A DNA stretch of 64,000 nt from Bryobacterales bacterium (GTDB taxonomy: Bacteria > Acidobacteriota > Terriglobia > Bryobacterales > UBA6623), in contig JAPPLB010000123.1 of NCBI GenBank assembly GCA_028819575.1, positions 1,227-65,226 of the forward strand, written 5' to 3'. Below, piece by piece: positions 62,572 through 64,000 of this stretch. Made by a program: the position numbers and the translations under genes. The notes under the pieces are model-generated. The model made no database searches. It was not told where the DNA came from and was given only the letters and a program-made list of their open reading frames with translations. Every line of letters starts with the position of its first letter. Positions within the stretch are counted from its first letter, which is position 1.

Positions 62572-64000
62572 CTACTTCGGCAATGTGAATACGAACAAAC
62601 CATTCCCGGCCGCCACCGCCACGTGCTGGCGGCCTTTACTCTCGTACGTCATCGGCGAGGCGATAATCCGGCCGCCCAGGTTGATGTACCAGAGTTGCTC
62701 GCCGGTCTTGGCATCGAGCGCTTTCAGGTAGCCTTCTTCGCTACCACCGAAGACGAGCCCGCCCGCGGTCGACACCAGTCCGGCCCAGGCGGGCTTGAAC
62801 ATGCGGTGCTCCCAGACGAGCGCACCGGTCACGGGATCAAGCGCACGGATGGCGCCTTTCCAGTCTTCGTCCTGGTCCTGGTTCCGGAAGTGGCCGCCCC
62901 AGAACCTCGTGCCAGGCTTGTAGACGGCCTCGCCCTTGAAATAGATGCTGCTGCCTTCGCGGGCGGTCACGTAAAAGAGCCCCGTTCGCGGACTGTACGT
63001 CGGCGACATCCAGTTCGTGCCGCCCGCAACCATCGGAAAGACCTTGTTTCCTTTCTCGGTCGGAAACTTGCCGGGAGCCCTTACCGGCCGGCCGTTCTCG
63101 TCGATCCGCTCCGCCCAGGTCTGCTTGACGTATTCGCTGGCGTGCAGGAACTCACCGGTCACGCGGTCGAGCACGTAGTAGAACCCGTTCCGATTCGCGG
63201 TGATCAGCAGTGCGCGGTCACGCCCCTGGAAGGCACGGTCGACCAGGATCATGATCTGCGTGGCGTCCCAGTCATGAACGTCGTGCGGCGTGAATTGAAA
63301 ATGCCACTTCCGCTCGCCGGTATCGGCGTCGAGAGCGACGACCGCGTCGGAGAACAGGTTGTCACCCTTGCGGACATCGCCGTTCCAGTCAGGCCCCGGG
63401 TTGCCCGTACCCCAATAGGTCAGGTTCGTAGCGGGATCGTAGGAACCGGTGATCCAGACCGAAGCGCCGCCCGTCTTCCACGAATCGCCTTCCCAGGTGC
63501 CGTTGCCGAATTCGCCGGGTCCGGGAACGGTGTAGAACCGCCACTCGCGCTCCCCGTCCTCCACGTTGTAGGCATCGATGAAACCACGGATACCGTACTC
63601 TCCACCAGCCACGCCGACGATCACCTTGTCCTTGACGACGAGCGGCGCATGGGTGGCGGCATAGCCGAGCTTGTAGTCGATCATGTCCGATTCCCACAGC
63701 AGGCGGCCGGTCTTGCGGTCGAGCGCGATGACCATGGCGTCGAGCGTCGCCATGAACAGGCGGTCGCCCTGGATGGCAAGCCCCCGATTCACCTGTCCGC
63801 AGCAGACGATGATCTTCGGCGGCAGTGAACGCTTGTACTCCCAAAGAACGACGCCCGTTTCGGCATCCAGCGCATACGCTTCGTTCGGAGGGACGGTGAG
63901 ATACATGATGCCGTCAACCACGAGCGGCGTCGTTTCGAACTTTTCACGGAAGCGTCTCTGGAAAGCCCATTTGAGCCTGAGCTGATCGACGTTGGCCGGT
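62572..64000 (-). CDS. PQQ-dependent dehydrogenase, methanol/ethanol family (5' end outside window)
   Basis: FETTPLVVDG, VCCGQVNRG, GGEYGIRG, GNPGPDWN, TPHDVHDWD. Confidence 0.93.
   Translation of the reverse strand, partial: PANVDQLRLKWAFQRRFREKFETTPLVVDGIMYLTVPPNEAYALDAETGVVLWEYKRSLPPKIIVCCGQVNRGLAIQGDRLFMATLDAMVIALDRKTGRLLWESDMIDYKLGYAATHAPLVVKDKVIVGVAGGEYGIRGFIDAYNVEDGEREWRFYTVPGPGEFGNGTWEGDSWKTGGASVWITGSYDPATNLTYWGTGNPGPDWNGDVRKGDNLFSDAVVALDADTGERKWHFQFTPHDVHDWDATQIMILVDRAFQGRDRALLITANRNGFYYVLDRVTGEFLHASEYVKQTWAERIDENGRPVRAPGKFPTEKGNKVFPMVAGGTNWMSPTYSPRTGLFYVTAREGSSIYFKGEAVYKPGTRFWGGHFRNQDQDEDWKGAIRALDPVTGALVWEHRMFKPAWAGLVSTAGGLVFGGSEEGYLKALDAKTGEQLWYINLGGRIIASPMTYESKGRQHVAVAAGNGLFVFTLPK

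Overview
GC-rich bacterial chromosomal window, most likely Acidobacteriota (inferred from RpoA starting [13 protein letters not shown]1/ASPIC-UnbV, DUF1501/DUF1553 and BlaI/M56-TonB genes). Bases 1-14.7 kb are the S10-spc-alpha ribosomal superoperon (rplD partial to rplQ). It includes an rpmJ missed by the ORF track and a strongly divergent infA. The remainder is mixed housekeeping (metY, lon, pheA, der, folE, nuoB, arfB) and many exported hydrolases and oxidoreductases. There are two accessory defence islets: a BsuBI/PstI-type restriction-modification pair with a small RHH gene, and a lower-GC islet directly after tRNA-Ser(GCT) carrying a Schlafen/AlbA_2 protein and a convergent HEPN protein. 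The strongest non-coding signal is a dispersed family of ~177-bp non-autonomous elements with at least 8 full or partial copies. They have 15-bp terminal inverted repeats, TTAG flanks that often supply gene stop codons, and a strand-asymmetric, covarying hairpin structure. All calls are by eye from sequence motifs; no database searches or folding programs were run.
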